From a virus, in IMG/VR virus record IMGVR_UViG_3300038313_000213, positions 1-39,412 of that record: DNA of 39,412 nt; one strand, 5' to 3'. Of the stretch, positions 27,345 to 36,807 are shown one piece after another. Under the pieces are notes generated by a model. The model saw only the letters and a list, made by a program, of their open reading frames with translations, had not been told where the DNA came from and made no database searches. The translations under genes were made by a program, and so were the position numbers. Each line of letters starts with the position of its first letter. Within the stretch, counting starts at the first letter, position 1.

Positions 27345-27750
27345 GTTTAATCCTTCATGATTGTTTATTGTTCATGATCATTCTGTTTTTTAGTCCGTCA
27401 CTTATCATGTGTACGGGTTTTCACGTCCGTACAAATGTATAGTTACGTACCATGAGATTTCAAAGAGTTAACCTGCACTCTAAAATTTGTTTTTTGTACT
27501 GTTGGTAGATCAACTCTTAGAAATTTATCTGGTAATGACTAATACAAGATTCGTATTTGTAGTATATAAATTTTGTCTGTTAAGCGGAAAATTTGGTAAA
27601 AAACGCAATCGGTTAAACTTATTAAAACACAAATCAAATATATAATTTTAGGAAGTCCGAAAGCTATTTATACGGGTGAGTGTATATTCATGTTTGCTAA
27701 GTTTCGGATGTTAACCGGACGAAGCACGAGTAAAATTTGAGAGGTTCGTT

Positions 27751-27984
27751 ATGGAACTTGCAAAAGAAAAGAAACCGTTGTTTCCTGTGTTTTACGATAT
27801 TTCGCGTGACGCATTGGAAGAAGCAAGCGAATCACTTGAGAAAAAAGCTAGAAATGTCCTGATGAACTTTATTAATGCATGTTGTCAGGGAAAAGTAGAC
27901 GAAGCGAACACGTTTAAAAGAATATACGACGATTGTGAAAGTCACTTAAATTTCATAGAAACAATAATGGAGAAGATGGAATGA
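27751..27984 (+). CDS. Helical hypothetical protein
   Basis: GAGGT RBS; first gene of the rightward operon. Confidence 0.7.
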   Translation: MELAKEKKPLFPVFYDISRDALEEASESLEKKARNVLMNFINACCQGKVDEANTFKRIYDDCESHLNFIETIMEKME

Positions 27985-28364
27985 GCGCAGAAGACATGAC
28001 AGAAAATACAAACGAAATGACAAATGAAGAACTCGACGAGGAAGAAATCGAGGAAGGAATATCAGATCTTGAAGCATTCCTCGAAGGAGAAGACAACGAC
28101 GAAGACGATGAAGAATACGAAGATGAAGAAGAGGACGATGTGCCAATTTCAAAGGTAATCACTGAGATTGCACAGCCTATTAAAATCACAACCAGTGTGG
28201 GCGCAGAGATTGACAGTAAGGGACAGTTAAAACCAAACTGCAAGTTCACAATTGAAAGAAATATTACACAGGACGACGACGAATTTGAAATCATGGAAAA
28301 CGATTTCGATGCACCGATTGAAAAGGTGAAGATGACAATTGCAGAGCTTAAGGGGGGAAACTAA
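27981..28364 (+). CDS. Highly acidic protein
   Basis: E/D-dominated N-terminal half. Confidence 0.75.
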   Translation: MSAEDMTENTNEMTNEELDEEEIEEGISDLEAFLEGEDNDEDDEEYEDEEEDDVPISKVITEIAQPIKITTSVGAEIDSKGQLKPNCKFTIERNITQDDDEFEIMENDFDAPIEKVKMTIAELKGGN

Positions 28365-29114
28365 ATGGCAAAGATCAGACTTGAACCAGGTAAGAGGTTC
28401 AGAAGAGACGAATCATTCACAGAGCAGGTAGTCGATTACTACCTTGAAGAGAACGATTTTACCGAGGACGTTGGACTGGTAATTGCAACAACCGAAGAGC
28501 CTGTCCTTAAGATTCCTCTCAAGTATAAGGATTGGGTAGATTACGACGGTGAAAAATCTCCGAAATTCGGAAGCAATGCTTACAGATTCTTCGAATCCCT
28601 GATGAATGCAGGAGTGATGATAGATCTTGATGTTGAAACAATGGATGTTAAGTTTGATCCGGATCTTCGCGGGCAGACTGTAAGCTTCGACGTTGAACAT
28701 AAATCATTCGCAAGCAAGACAGATACAGAACTGGTAAACGTGAACGGGCAGCTTGTAAAGCAGCCGAGGATAATTTCTTTCGATGTCTGGACGGTTGCAA
28801 GTGTGGGCGGATCGAAGGCGACAATTACAGAGGTTAAGGCACCAGCTCCGAAGGTCGAAGAAGTACCAATTAATGAGGATGATATCAAAGCCGGATATAT
28901 CGAGGCATTAACACCGTTTGGTTATGAGCCTTTCACTCTGCCAAACACCATCAAAGTGACAAACGACTATGCTAAATCAATTGGGTCAGAGAGCATTAAA
29001 GCACAATACACGGTAATGAAGAACAAGACAAAATATCTTGAAGCTCTTGTGCTGGACGGGGTTCTCGAAAAGAGTCCGGACGGAAAGTACAAATTTGTTG
29101 ACGGGGTTCTCTAA
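28365..29114 (+). CDS. Hypothetical protein, possibly an ssDNA-binding partner of the Sak4-like ATPase
   Basis: 249 aa, beta-rich; function inferred from position only. Confidence 0.6.
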   Translation: MAKIRLEPGKRFRRDESFTEQVVDYYLEENDFTEDVGLVIATTEEPVLKIPLKYKDWVDYDGEKSPKFGSNAYRFFESLMNAGVMIDLDVETMDVKFDPDLRGQTVSFDVEHKSFASKTDTELVNVNGQLVKQPRIISFDVWTVASVGGSKATITEVKAPAPKVEEVPINEDDIKAGYIEALTPFGYEPFTLPNTIKVTNDYAKSIGSESIKAQYTVMKNKTKYLEALVLDGVLEKSPDGKYKFVDGVL

Positions 29115-29147
29115 ACACCCCAAAATAAATGTTTTTAGGGGGAAAGA

Positions 29148-29918
29148 ATGAAGCTTACAAATTCTATTTCTATATCAGGAACAACCGGCACAGGTAAAAC
29201 ATACGGGGTCTGCAAGTTGGTCAATGATCTTGGACTTAAAGCCATGGTGCTTGATTTCGAAAACAAGACCGAAAAAACCGTAAAACTTCTTTTTCCCGAA
29301 GCTGCGGACAGATTTGAAATTGCAAACGTAATGCTCAGAAAGGAAGAACCGAAGACCGACGTAACAAAAGTAGGAAAGATAACTTCAAGAGATATGAGAA
29401 TTGTACTTAAGAACGCTCCGGATTATCTCAAGAGCTTCCTTAACCTGAAAGACAACTTGATAAATAATATTCTTGAGCGAAGTGATTTCGACGTTTTGGT
29501 GTATGACGGTGCAACCCCGATACTTCGCAACCAAATGGGCTTAGAGTATTGGAGAATGTTGCACCCTGATAGAGATAACCCAATGCCGGAAGAATGGGGA
29601 GCAATGAACGACATTGAACGCGCTTTCATTGAAGGTGGGATTGGCTGGGCAGAGGAAAACAACGGGCTCTTTATCGTAACTGGTCAGATGAAAGACCTTT
29701 ACCGTGGAGATAAGATAATCGGTGAAGTTCCGGCAATTTCAACGAAAGTACAGCATACAATTGATGTGACTCTGCAGGTAGAAAAGAAGATCGGGATTAA
29801 GACAGATTACGTTTGCACCTGCCTTGACTCGATAAAAGGGCAGTGGATTGAAAATCTCACATTTGACAGACATATAATTGATGTGCTAATTGAAAAGGAG
29901 CTGATTGGTTATGATTAA
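29148..29918 (+). CDS. P-loop ATPase, AAA_24/Sak4-like recombination protein
   Basis: ISGTTGTGKT, VLDFEN, VLVYDG, ..VTGQ.. RecA-like layout. Confidence 0.7.
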   Translation: MKLTNSISISGTTGTGKTYGVCKLVNDLGLKAMVLDFENKTEKTVKLLFPEAADRFEIANVMLRKEEPKTDVTKVGKITSRDMRIVLKNAPDYLKSFLNLKDNLINNILERSDFDVLVYDGATPILRNQMGLEYWRMLHPDRDNPMPEEWGAMNDIERAFIEGGIGWAEENNGLFIVTGQMKDLYRGDKIIGEVPAISTKVQHTIDVTLQVEKKIGIKTDYVCTCLDSIKGQWIENLTFDRHIIDVLIEKELIGYD

Positions 29919-30258
29919 CGAGGGAGTAACTGGACCATTCGACATTAAATTTTTAGCTGCGCCTGATCAGTTCTCGGATTTCGATAATGTTGCATACGTG
30001 TGTAGAAATTTGAATTTGCATATTGATATTGATTCAGGGCAATGTGCTGTAAAACTTGTATGTTGCGAATGTGGGGATTTCGTGACGTACTGGTGTTATG
30101 ACTCGGTTGAAACCGCGTTATGGGCAACGTCTGAAAGAGAAGAACAGCTATGTCAAGAATGTTGGGAAAAGGAATACGGTGACTCGATAGACGAATACGA
30201 AGACGGTGATTTCGATGAACCCGCGGGATATCTATGCAGTCTCGGCGGTGGAAAGTAA
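29905..30258 (+). CDS. Zn-binding acidic hypothetical protein
   Basis: CCECG and CQEC motifs. Confidence 0.65.
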   Translation: MVMINEGVTGPFDIKFLAAPDQFSDFDNVAYVCRNLNLHIDIDSGQCAVKLVCCECGDFVTYWCYDSVETALWATSEREEQLCQECWEKEYGDSIDEYEDGDFDEPAGYLCSLGGGK

Positions 30259-30897
30259 ATGTCTCACCGTGTTTTTTCAGCGTCTGAAAACAGAATCGTA
30301 GCTAAAAGCATAACAGACGCAAGAGAAAAAATTGTAAGAGTGATTTGGAACAACGGGGCAAGACTAATTGACCAGAGGGGAGAAGCAACAAGGGAAATAA
30401 TCGGGCTTGAAGTAATTGTCATGAATGGCAATCTCGAAGCTGGACAGACCATAATGCTGCAGGCAGAAGACTTTGCAACTGGATTACTGAACGATTACAT
30501 TGCAATGAAAAAAGGAGAAGAATTCGATTACGCATACGGTGAGAGGTTAAGGAGAGCAAAACAACTTGATAGAGTAATTGAGCTCTTAAAGACCGATCCG
30601 AGTACAAGACGGGGATATCTGCCAATCTTCCAACCGTGCGACAATTTCAGCGATGTTGAAAAGCCATGTTGGGCTTCTCTTCAGTTCATAATTCGGAATG
30701 GGAGACTGGACATGATTGATTATTTCCGGTCAAATGAATGTTGTATAGCAATCCCGTCAGACATGTACGGAGCTTACAAACTGCTCGAATATGTGGCTGA
30801 AAAAGTAGGAGTAATGCCCGGGTGGATTTATCATTATATTGCTTGTGCTCATCTGAGAGAATCAGATTATGATACAATAAAAACTTTATTGGGGTGA
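30259..30897 (+). CDS. Archaeal-type thymidylate synthase homologue with Asp at the substrate-specificity position (possible dCMP methylase/hydroxymethylase)
   Basis: FDYAYGERL, DPSTRR, KPC (Cys137), FRSNE (Arg157), IPSD (Asp168), AHL; spacing matches E. coli C146/R166/N177. Confidence 0.85.
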   Translation: MSHRVFSASENRIVAKSITDAREKIVRVIWNNGARLIDQRGEATREIIGLEVIVMNGNLEAGQTIMLQAEDFATGLLNDYIAMKKGEEFDYAYGERLRRAKQLDRVIELLKTDPSTRRGYLPIFQPCDNFSDVEKPCWASLQFIIRNGRLDMIDYFRSNECCIAIPSDMYGAYKLLEYVAEKVGVMPGWIYHYIACAHLRESDYDTIKTLLG

Positions 30898-31094
30898 TTA
30901 TATGGTAAGTGCCTTAATTGCTGAGATTGGGAAGTATATGAAAGGATGCAAGTTGACGAATTTGAAAGGCTTAACGATGCTGGCAACACACCGAAAACGT
31001 TCTTGGAATTGCTGGAAACGATAAAAGAACATGATGAAATGTTTAAAAATTTAGTTCGGGAATCATTGAAAAAATAATTAATTGTGGGGGTAAC

Positions 31095-31334
31095 ATGTGC
31101 GAAGTAGTTGAATGTCAAAACACAATTGAATGTCGAAATTGTGACTATTGGTATAGGATTGGTGGACGCTCATATGAGGGAAAATGTAGACGGACTGGAA
31201 ACAAGGACATGAAAGAAACACTGTTTAATTTCTCATGCGATAATGGGATTCATGTTAAGTCGAGTTTAACTTTTCAGGGGGTAAACGTATCGTCTATAAA
31301 AACGATAACAATTGTATCAAATATAATTATATGA
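31095..31334 (+). pseudogene. Cys-rich ORF interrupted by IS607
   Basis: The track C terminus reads into the IS end; removing the IS joins it in frame to GHLNCGNHAKR* (33237..33272). Confidence 0.55.
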
Positions 31335-31384
31335 TATTATCAGATAGTAAACTATAAATAGAAAGACAACCATATATAATTATT

Positions 31385-31972
31385 GTGAAAGCTGGAGATG
31401 TATTGAAAGTCTTGCACATCTCAAGACCTACATTGTATAGATATGCTGAAGCTGGTTACATCAAAAGAAATAAGCTCCCTAATGGGAAGTACGACTATGT
31501 TGATGAATCCGTGTATGCATTTCTAAATAAAGATGTTAAACGCAAACATGTAATTTATTGCAGGGTTTCGACTTCAAAACAGAAAGCAGATTTGGAAAAT
31601 CAGGTTGAGTTTCTCAAAAGCTGGTCTTTCAACTCAGGCATAAAAATTGATGCAGTCTACAAAGATGTTGCATCTGGCATTTCATTTGAGAAAAGAAAAG
31701 AATTCTTTGAAATGCTTGATGAGATACTTGATTTCAAGGTTGAAACTGTAATAATTGCATACAAAGACCGATTAAGCAGAATAGGGTTTGAGTTGTTTTC
31801 AAACTTGTTTGCTAAGTTCGGGACAAAAATAATAGTTGTTTCAGAAGCAGGAAATAAGAAATTAGATTCAGAAGAAATCTTTGAGGAAATAATTTCTTTG
31901 TTGCACTGCTACAGCATGAAGCACTACAGCAAACGAAAAACCCCAAAATCATTGGAAATCGAGGTGGAATAA
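31385..31972 (+). CDS. tnpA: IS607-family serine transposase
   Basis: N-terminal HTH, IYCRVST (catalytic Ser), DVASG, YKDRLSR. Confidence 0.95.
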   Translation: MKAGDVLKVLHISRPTLYRYAEAGYIKRNKLPNGKYDYVDESVYAFLNKDVKRKHVIYCRVSTSKQKADLENQVEFLKSWSFNSGIKIDAVYKDVASGISFEKRKEFFEMLDEILDFKVETVIIAYKDRLSRIGFELFSNLFAKFGTKIIVVSEAGNKKLDSEEIFEEIISLLHCYSMKHYSKRKTPKSLEIEVE

Positions 31973-31973
31973 C

Positions 31974-33209
31974 ATGGCACTTGTGACTAGAACTGAACAA
32001 ATTCAATTTAAATCTGAAACTATTTCAGCTCTAGCTCACGCTTCCAAAAACCTATACAATGCAGGAAACTACCTAATGAGACAAAGATTCTTTGAGAATG
32101 ATAGGATCTACAAGGAGACAGGAAAGAAAGGTGAAGGAATTTGGTACAAGCAGCTTTACCCAATGTTGAAAGACACAGAGGACTACAAAGCTTTACCAGC
32201 TCAAACCTCACAGCAGGTTTTAAAGCTACTGGAGAAGAGCTGGAAAGCCTTCTTCATGGCTTCCAAAGCCTTTGCTAAGTCACCTGAGAAATTCTTAGGA
32301 AAACCAAAGCCTCCAAAATATAAAAACAAAGATGGGGAACACATCTTGATTTTCACTAACCAACAGTGCAAAATCAAAGACGGTATCTTGAAGTTTCCGA
32401 AGATTGCAGATCTTGAATTAAAAACAAGACTCAAAGACATTGATCTTAGAGAAGTTAGAATAATTCCAAATGCAAATAAGTACACCTGTGAAATTGTCTA
32501 CAATAAGACAGTCACTGATAATGAAATCAACTCTAACAGAGTTCTAGGCATTGATCTCGGTGTTCGTAACATTGTAACTATTGCAAACAACTTTGGAGCA
32601 AAACCAATTGTTGTTAAGGGCAACACTGCAAACAGCATGAATCAGTACTACAACAAAATAAGAGCTGAATTACAGAGTAAATACGATTTGCAGGGAATTA
32701 GAACAGGTAGCAAGAAAACAAAACTAGATTGGAAGCGTAACAATAAGGTTAAAGATTATTTCCACAAGCTAAGTAAACGAATTGTTGACTATGCAGCAGC
32801 TAACAACGTAAAAACCATAATCATTGGTAAAAATGAGAACTGGAAACAAGAAGTTAATATAGGTAAGAAGCTTAATCAGAAATTCGTAATGCTTCCATTT
32901 GCAAAGCTCATAGAAATGATTCAGTACAAGGCACAGGAAAAGAGCATAGAAGTAATACTTCAGGAAGAAAGTCATACTTCAAAGTGCAGCTTCTTAGATC
33001 TTGAACCAATTGAGCACAGAGAGAAATACATAGGAAAGAGGATCAAAAGAGGAATTTTCAGAAGTGGTAAAGGAATTCTGATTAATGCAGACGTAAACGG
33101 AGCATTGAACATAATCAGGAAAGCAACTCCAAAAGCATTTGCAGACGGAGTAGAGGGTGTAGGGTTACACCCAAAGAGATGTTTAATAGCATCTTTTGAA
33201 TATATTTGA
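31974..33209 (+). CDS. tnpB: TnpB RNA-guided nuclease (IS607-associated)
   Basis: LGIDLG, EESHTSK, NADVNGALNI RuvC motifs; lacks a full Zn finger. Confidence 0.93.
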   Translation: MALVTRTEQIQFKSETISALAHASKNLYNAGNYLMRQRFFENDRIYKETGKKGEGIWYKQLYPMLKDTEDYKALPAQTSQQVLKLLEKSWKAFFMASKAFAKSPEKFLGKPKPPKYKNKDGEHILIFTNQQCKIKDGILKFPKIADLELKTRLKDIDLREVRIIPNANKYTCEIVYNKTVTDNEINSNRVLGIDLGVRNIVTIANNFGAKPIVVKGNTANSMNQYYNKIRAELQSKYDLQGIRTGSKKTKLDWKRNNKVKDYFHKLSKRIVDYAAANNVKTIIIGKNENWKQEVNIGKKLNQKFVMLPFAKLIEMIQYKAQEKSIEVILQEESHTSKCSFLDLEPIEHREKYIGKRIKRGIFRSGKGILINADVNGALNIIRKATPKAFADGVEGVGLHPKRCLIASFEYI

Positions 33210-33276
33210 TCATGTTTTGATCATTTATAATAACCTGGACATCTGAACTGTGGTAATCATGCGAAAAGGTGATCTT

Positions 33277-33507
33277 ATGAGTGAACGCTTTTATGATGAA
33301 TCATACGAAGAGATGGCAGAAAGGAAAGTAAAAGAGAGGGACGCAATACCAAAGAAAATTATAGCAATTGCGGGGGCAGGTGTGGTATACGCGGTATTGT
33401 GTGCGGTGGGTGGAGCTCCGGTTTATCTTCCTGCGCTCGCGGTACCGTTTGTGTTTCTGGCTCTTTATATTCTGGTTCGCAGATATAGAGAGCTTGAAAC
33501 ATTTTAA
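33277..33507 (+). CDS. Two-TM membrane protein
   Basis: AGGTGA RBS before ATG 33277; hydrophobic C-terminal half. Confidence 0.65.
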   Translation: MSERFYDESYEEMAERKVKERDAIPKKIIAIAGAGVVYAVLCAVGGAPVYLPALAVPFVFLALYILVRRYRELETF

Positions 33508-33516
33508 ATTTATTTT

Positions 33517-33870
33517 TTGGGGGAAAGAAACGTGAAGACTATTGGGGAAATCATAATCGCAAACGATAAAATAGTAACCGTGAATGTCCCGGTCTATGGG
33601 ATTGTAGAATGTATAACCGACGAGCCTGAGATTGTTTTTAACACACTAGTAAACAGCGAGCGTAGGGTGTACGGTGTAATTGAGATTCTGGAATGTGAGG
33701 CTTATTTCCTTCATTTCCTTGACAGAAAAGATGTCAGTCTTGCGGTGAAAAACAACGACTCGATGAATATATGTGACTTCTGCAATCGAAATTGCATTAC
33801 AAATAAAAATTGTCTGTTCGAGTGGAACGGGCTTTTTGATTTGAATGAGGGAATTAAGGGGTACTGCTAA
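33517..33870 (+). CDS. Hypothetical protein with Cys cluster
   Basis: CDFC...C...C; start uncertain. Confidence 0.55.
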   Translation: MGERNVKTIGEIIIANDKIVTVNVPVYGIVECITDEPEIVFNTLVNSERRVYGVIEILECEAYFLHFLDRKDVSLAVKNNDSMNICDFCNRNCITNKNCLFEWNGLFDLNEGIKGYC

Positions 33871-33948
33871 GAACTTTTATATAGTATTGGGGTGTACATA
33901 GTAAATAAATTAAATTAAAAACGTTCAATGTTTTTTGGGGGAAAATCA

Positions 33949-34398
33949 ATGAACGAAATAGACGTGAACAAATCAAAAGAATTTTTGTTGTCTTTCAGGA
34001 TAGGAACGCCATTAAGCAAGGTGAAAGCGCATTATAACAACTACATTAAAAACAGATCCGAAAAAGATACACTCGAATGCAATTACAGAAACAGCCGCAC
34101 GAAAAAATACACTAAAGAAATCCGCACGGTAATGAAGAAGCGCATTGCATATATTTTTGGGGGAGAATGTGCTATATGTGGCAATCCCGAGAATTTGGAG
34201 ATTCATCACATAATACCCCGCGCAAGTGGGGGCACAAATGATATTGCGAATCTTATACCACTTTGCCATGAGTGCCATTGCAGCATTCATAAAATGGCAG
34301 AGATACGCGGCAAAAAGACATATGAAGAGAAGTTCAATCAGGTTCTAAATCAGAATGTAGAATTTTGTAATTGCCTAGTGGGTGGGGAATGTGCTTAA
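33949..34398 (+). CDS. HNH endonuclease
   Basis: CAICG...EIHHIIP..GGTN...NL..LCHECH; GGGGGA RBS before ATG 33949. Confidence 0.9.
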   Translation: MNEIDVNKSKEFLLSFRIGTPLSKVKAHYNNYIKNRSEKDTLECNYRNSRTKKYTKEIRTVMKKRIAYIFGGECAICGNPENLEIHHIIPRASGGTNDIANLIPLCHECHCSIHKMAEIRGKKTYEEKFNQVLNQNVEFCNCLVGGECA

Positions 34399-35809
34399 TC
34401 AGAAAGACATAAGAGAACACTATAAACGTCCTGAAATTGTCGAGGCAATTACAAGGATTTCAGCTGATGGTAATTTCAGCAGGGCCGGAATGAAATTTAC
34501 TCCTTGTGCTTATGTAGACAGGGAAACAGGAGAGCTCAAAGATTCAATGGACTGGTATAATCTCAGACCTGGCAACAGAAGAACGAAGAAAAAAATTGAT
34601 ATGTCAAAGACCAAAGATTACATTAATGCGGTGACCGAGTGCAGGACTTTGTATTGGACATTGAATGTCTTTGGAAAGGAAATATACGATGTCGATTATA
34701 GACAAGTTGACAAAGCAGAAGGGCCGATGTTAAGCAGGGTCCACACAGTCGGGTACACTCTTGGAATTGACATAGACAAAGAGCATGGTTGCGATATTCA
34801 TTCTCCTGCAGTAAAAGAAGCCGTGGAAGATATGGCACAATACTTTACAAACATTCTTCGTGAACACTTACCGAATTCCGTTTACGTTCTGTATTCAGGC
34901 GGTGGGATATATGTAATGTTGCACCATAAAGCATTTGAAAAGTATTTCGACAGGTTCAGAGATTCAGAAGAATGGGATATGATGTTACTTACCTTCTTAG
35001 ATGCCTTTGATTGTCTCATAGGAGACATGCGAGAGTCTTTCTTTAAGGAGTTTCCACAACATAAAGGTAAAGTTAAGCCTGACCAACTGAACGGCTCTCA
35101 GAGAGTCTTTAAGACGCTTTACAGTGTGCATAAGAGTTTAGATTATGCGGTAGTTCCTTTGGATGTGGACAATATCAAGGTAGACTTTAATGCGGCTACA
35201 ATTCCATTGTCAAGCTCTGTAATTGCTATGGGAAATGAGTGGTATTCAAAATGGGACGATGGGACAGAATTTCTTAACAAAGTGTTTAAGCCTTATCTCG
35301 AAAATTCATACAAAAATAGAAGATCTGCAATAAGCAGAATGGATGGAAGAGAAGTTGAGATATCCGAAACTCCGATCGGTTATGAAAATTGGGCTCCTTG
35401 CATGAAAAACTTGTTTGAGTTGGAAGATTGCGGAGAAGGGGCAACCCGTGCACTAGCTGTATTCTGTTCATACTTAGGGCAAATGGGGATAGAAGAGGAA
35501 GAAGCTTATCAGTGGTTTAACCTGCTTGCGGATAGATGGAACGCAAGAAAAAGTAATTTATTCGAAAGTTATTATAGAAGTATGAAGGTTCCGACATGCG
35601 AACGTTTGAACGCCATTGACAACGTGGGATTCCCGAAAGGCGTTTCTTTGCGGAGTCTTTGCGTTTGTGAACCGGATGACAGATGTCTTAAAGTGCCGTC
35701 TCCGTTGTATTATTCCGATGCAGTTGCAGAGAAAAAACGACAGGAAAGTAAAGCAGAAAGGAAAATTGACTATAAACCAGTAATCAACATTCGAAAGAAA
35801 AATAATTGA
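34382..35809 (+). CDS. Archaeo-eukaryotic primase, PriS catalytic domain fused to a PriL-like Fe-S domain
   Basis: GIDID, YSGGGI, QRVFK..YS.H; C-terminal APCM...PTC...C.C...C Cys set; alternative GTG start at 34391. Confidence 0.8.
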   Translation: MGNVLNQKDIREHYKRPEIVEAITRISADGNFSRAGMKFTPCAYVDRETGELKDSMDWYNLRPGNRRTKKKIDMSKTKDYINAVTECRTLYWTLNVFGKEIYDVDYRQVDKAEGPMLSRVHTVGYTLGIDIDKEHGCDIHSPAVKEAVEDMAQYFTNILREHLPNSVYVLYSGGGIYVMLHHKAFEKYFDRFRDSEEWDMMLLTFLDAFDCLIGDMRESFFKEFPQHKGKVKPDQLNGSQRVFKTLYSVHKSLDYAVVPLDVDNIKVDFNAATIPLSSSVIAMGNEWYSKWDDGTEFLNKVFKPYLENSYKNRRSAISRMDGREVEISETPIGYENWAPCMKNLFELEDCGEGATRALAVFCSYLGQMGIEEEEAYQWFNLLADRWNARKSNLFESYYRSMKVPTCERLNAIDNVGFPKGVSLRSLCVCEPDDRCLKVPSPLYYSDAVAEKKRQESKAERKIDYKPVINIRKKNN

Positions 35810-35818
35810 GGTTGTAGT

Positions 35819-36106
35819 GTGGCAATAACACAGAAAGAAATACACGAAAACGCCGTAAACCATGGGTGGTGGGATACCAACGTACGGATACCAGAGATCC
35901 TTTGCCTGGTTCACGCGGAGGTATCCGAGGCACTGGAAGCATACCGGAAGTACGAAGATGAACACATGGCAGAAGAACTGGCGGACGTTGTAATAAGAGT
36001 AATGGATTTATGCGAAGCTCATGGAATTGACCTTGAAGCAGAGATTGAAAAGAAGCATGAAATAAACAAAGGAAGACCTTACAGACATGGAAACAAAAGG
36101 TGCTGA
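35819..36106 (+). CDS. MazG-like nucleotide pyrophosphohydrolase
   Basis: HAEVSEALE...EELADVVI...K...N..R. Confidence 0.88.
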   Translation: MAITQKEIHENAVNHGWWDTNVRIPEILCLVHAEVSEALEAYRKYEDEHMAEELADVVIRVMDLCEAHGIDLEAEIEKKHEINKGRPYRHGNKRC

Positions 36107-36175
36107 ACATGAGCAAAGATAAAAATAGCGAATGTTTTTCATGGAGCAGGAAACGAGGAAAAGAATTTGTGAGGA

Positions 36176-36484
36176 ATGAACTTGACAATTACAGAGAGCA
36201 GAGAGCAACAAACAACAACGCGGCAAATAAATCTTGTATGTAAAAGCCTTGCTAAATTCCTGCACGTAAAGGATAGCAGATATGGAAGTTCTATATCTGA
36301 TCCTATACACGTTTTCGCAAAAGGGACAGCAGACGACTTGCTTTATGCAAGGATTGACGATAAAATAAACAGAATACGAAACAGTGAAGAACTAAGAAAA
36401 AATGATGTAGTCGATTTAATGGGTTACTTAGTGTGGGTTTGTATTAAAAAAGGTTGGTTAAGTTTCAGGGATTTGATAGATTGA
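36176..36484 (+). CDS. Nucleotide-modification-associated domain 1 (Nmad1/DUF1599-like) protein
   Basis: K...YGSS...P...F...RIDDK..R...DLMGY. Confidence 0.7.
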   Translation: MNLTITESREQQTTTRQINLVCKSLAKFLHVKDSRYGSSISDPIHVFAKGTADDLLYARIDDKINRIRNSEELRKNDVVDLMGYLVWVCIKKGWLSFRDLID

Positions 36485-36807
36485 AGCAATTTCATGTAGA
36501 TTCTGGTCATTCAGGTCTTTTTCCCATTTCTGCAAAGCGTCTCTACATTCTCTTATTTTTACTCTGAGCTGTTTCTTTTCTTCGTTGAGTTTGTCGTGCA
36601 TTTCTTTGAGGCTTGTTACTTGTTCCATGTGTGGTTTTCCCCGTAATTGTGTTGTTTCTAACTAAAAAGGTTGAAGTTGTATAAAGCATTTACTATTTAA
36701 TTAAATTTGTTGTAAATGTGCATTGGTTATCTTCGTACACAAGCTTTAAATACTTTGACTGCGTAGAGGATATCAAGGTAAAATTAGTAAATTGGAGATG
36801 AAAAGAA

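Larger units (their letters stand above)
31279..33237 (+). mobile_element. IS607-family element (tnpA-S plus tnpB); left end at 31279 or 31288
   Basis: Serine transposase plus TnpB; G/GG at both inferred junctions; no target duplication. Confidence 0.85.

Noticed and set aside
29148-29918. P-loop protein as the dNMP kinase of the modification pathway
   Set aside because: Length and strand layout (Walker B YDG, TGQ) fit AAA_24/Sak4 rather than NMP kinases
30867-31118. ORFs between the TS homologue and 31095
   Set aside because: The track ORF is antisense; the plus-strand frames are short and ambiguous, so no call was made
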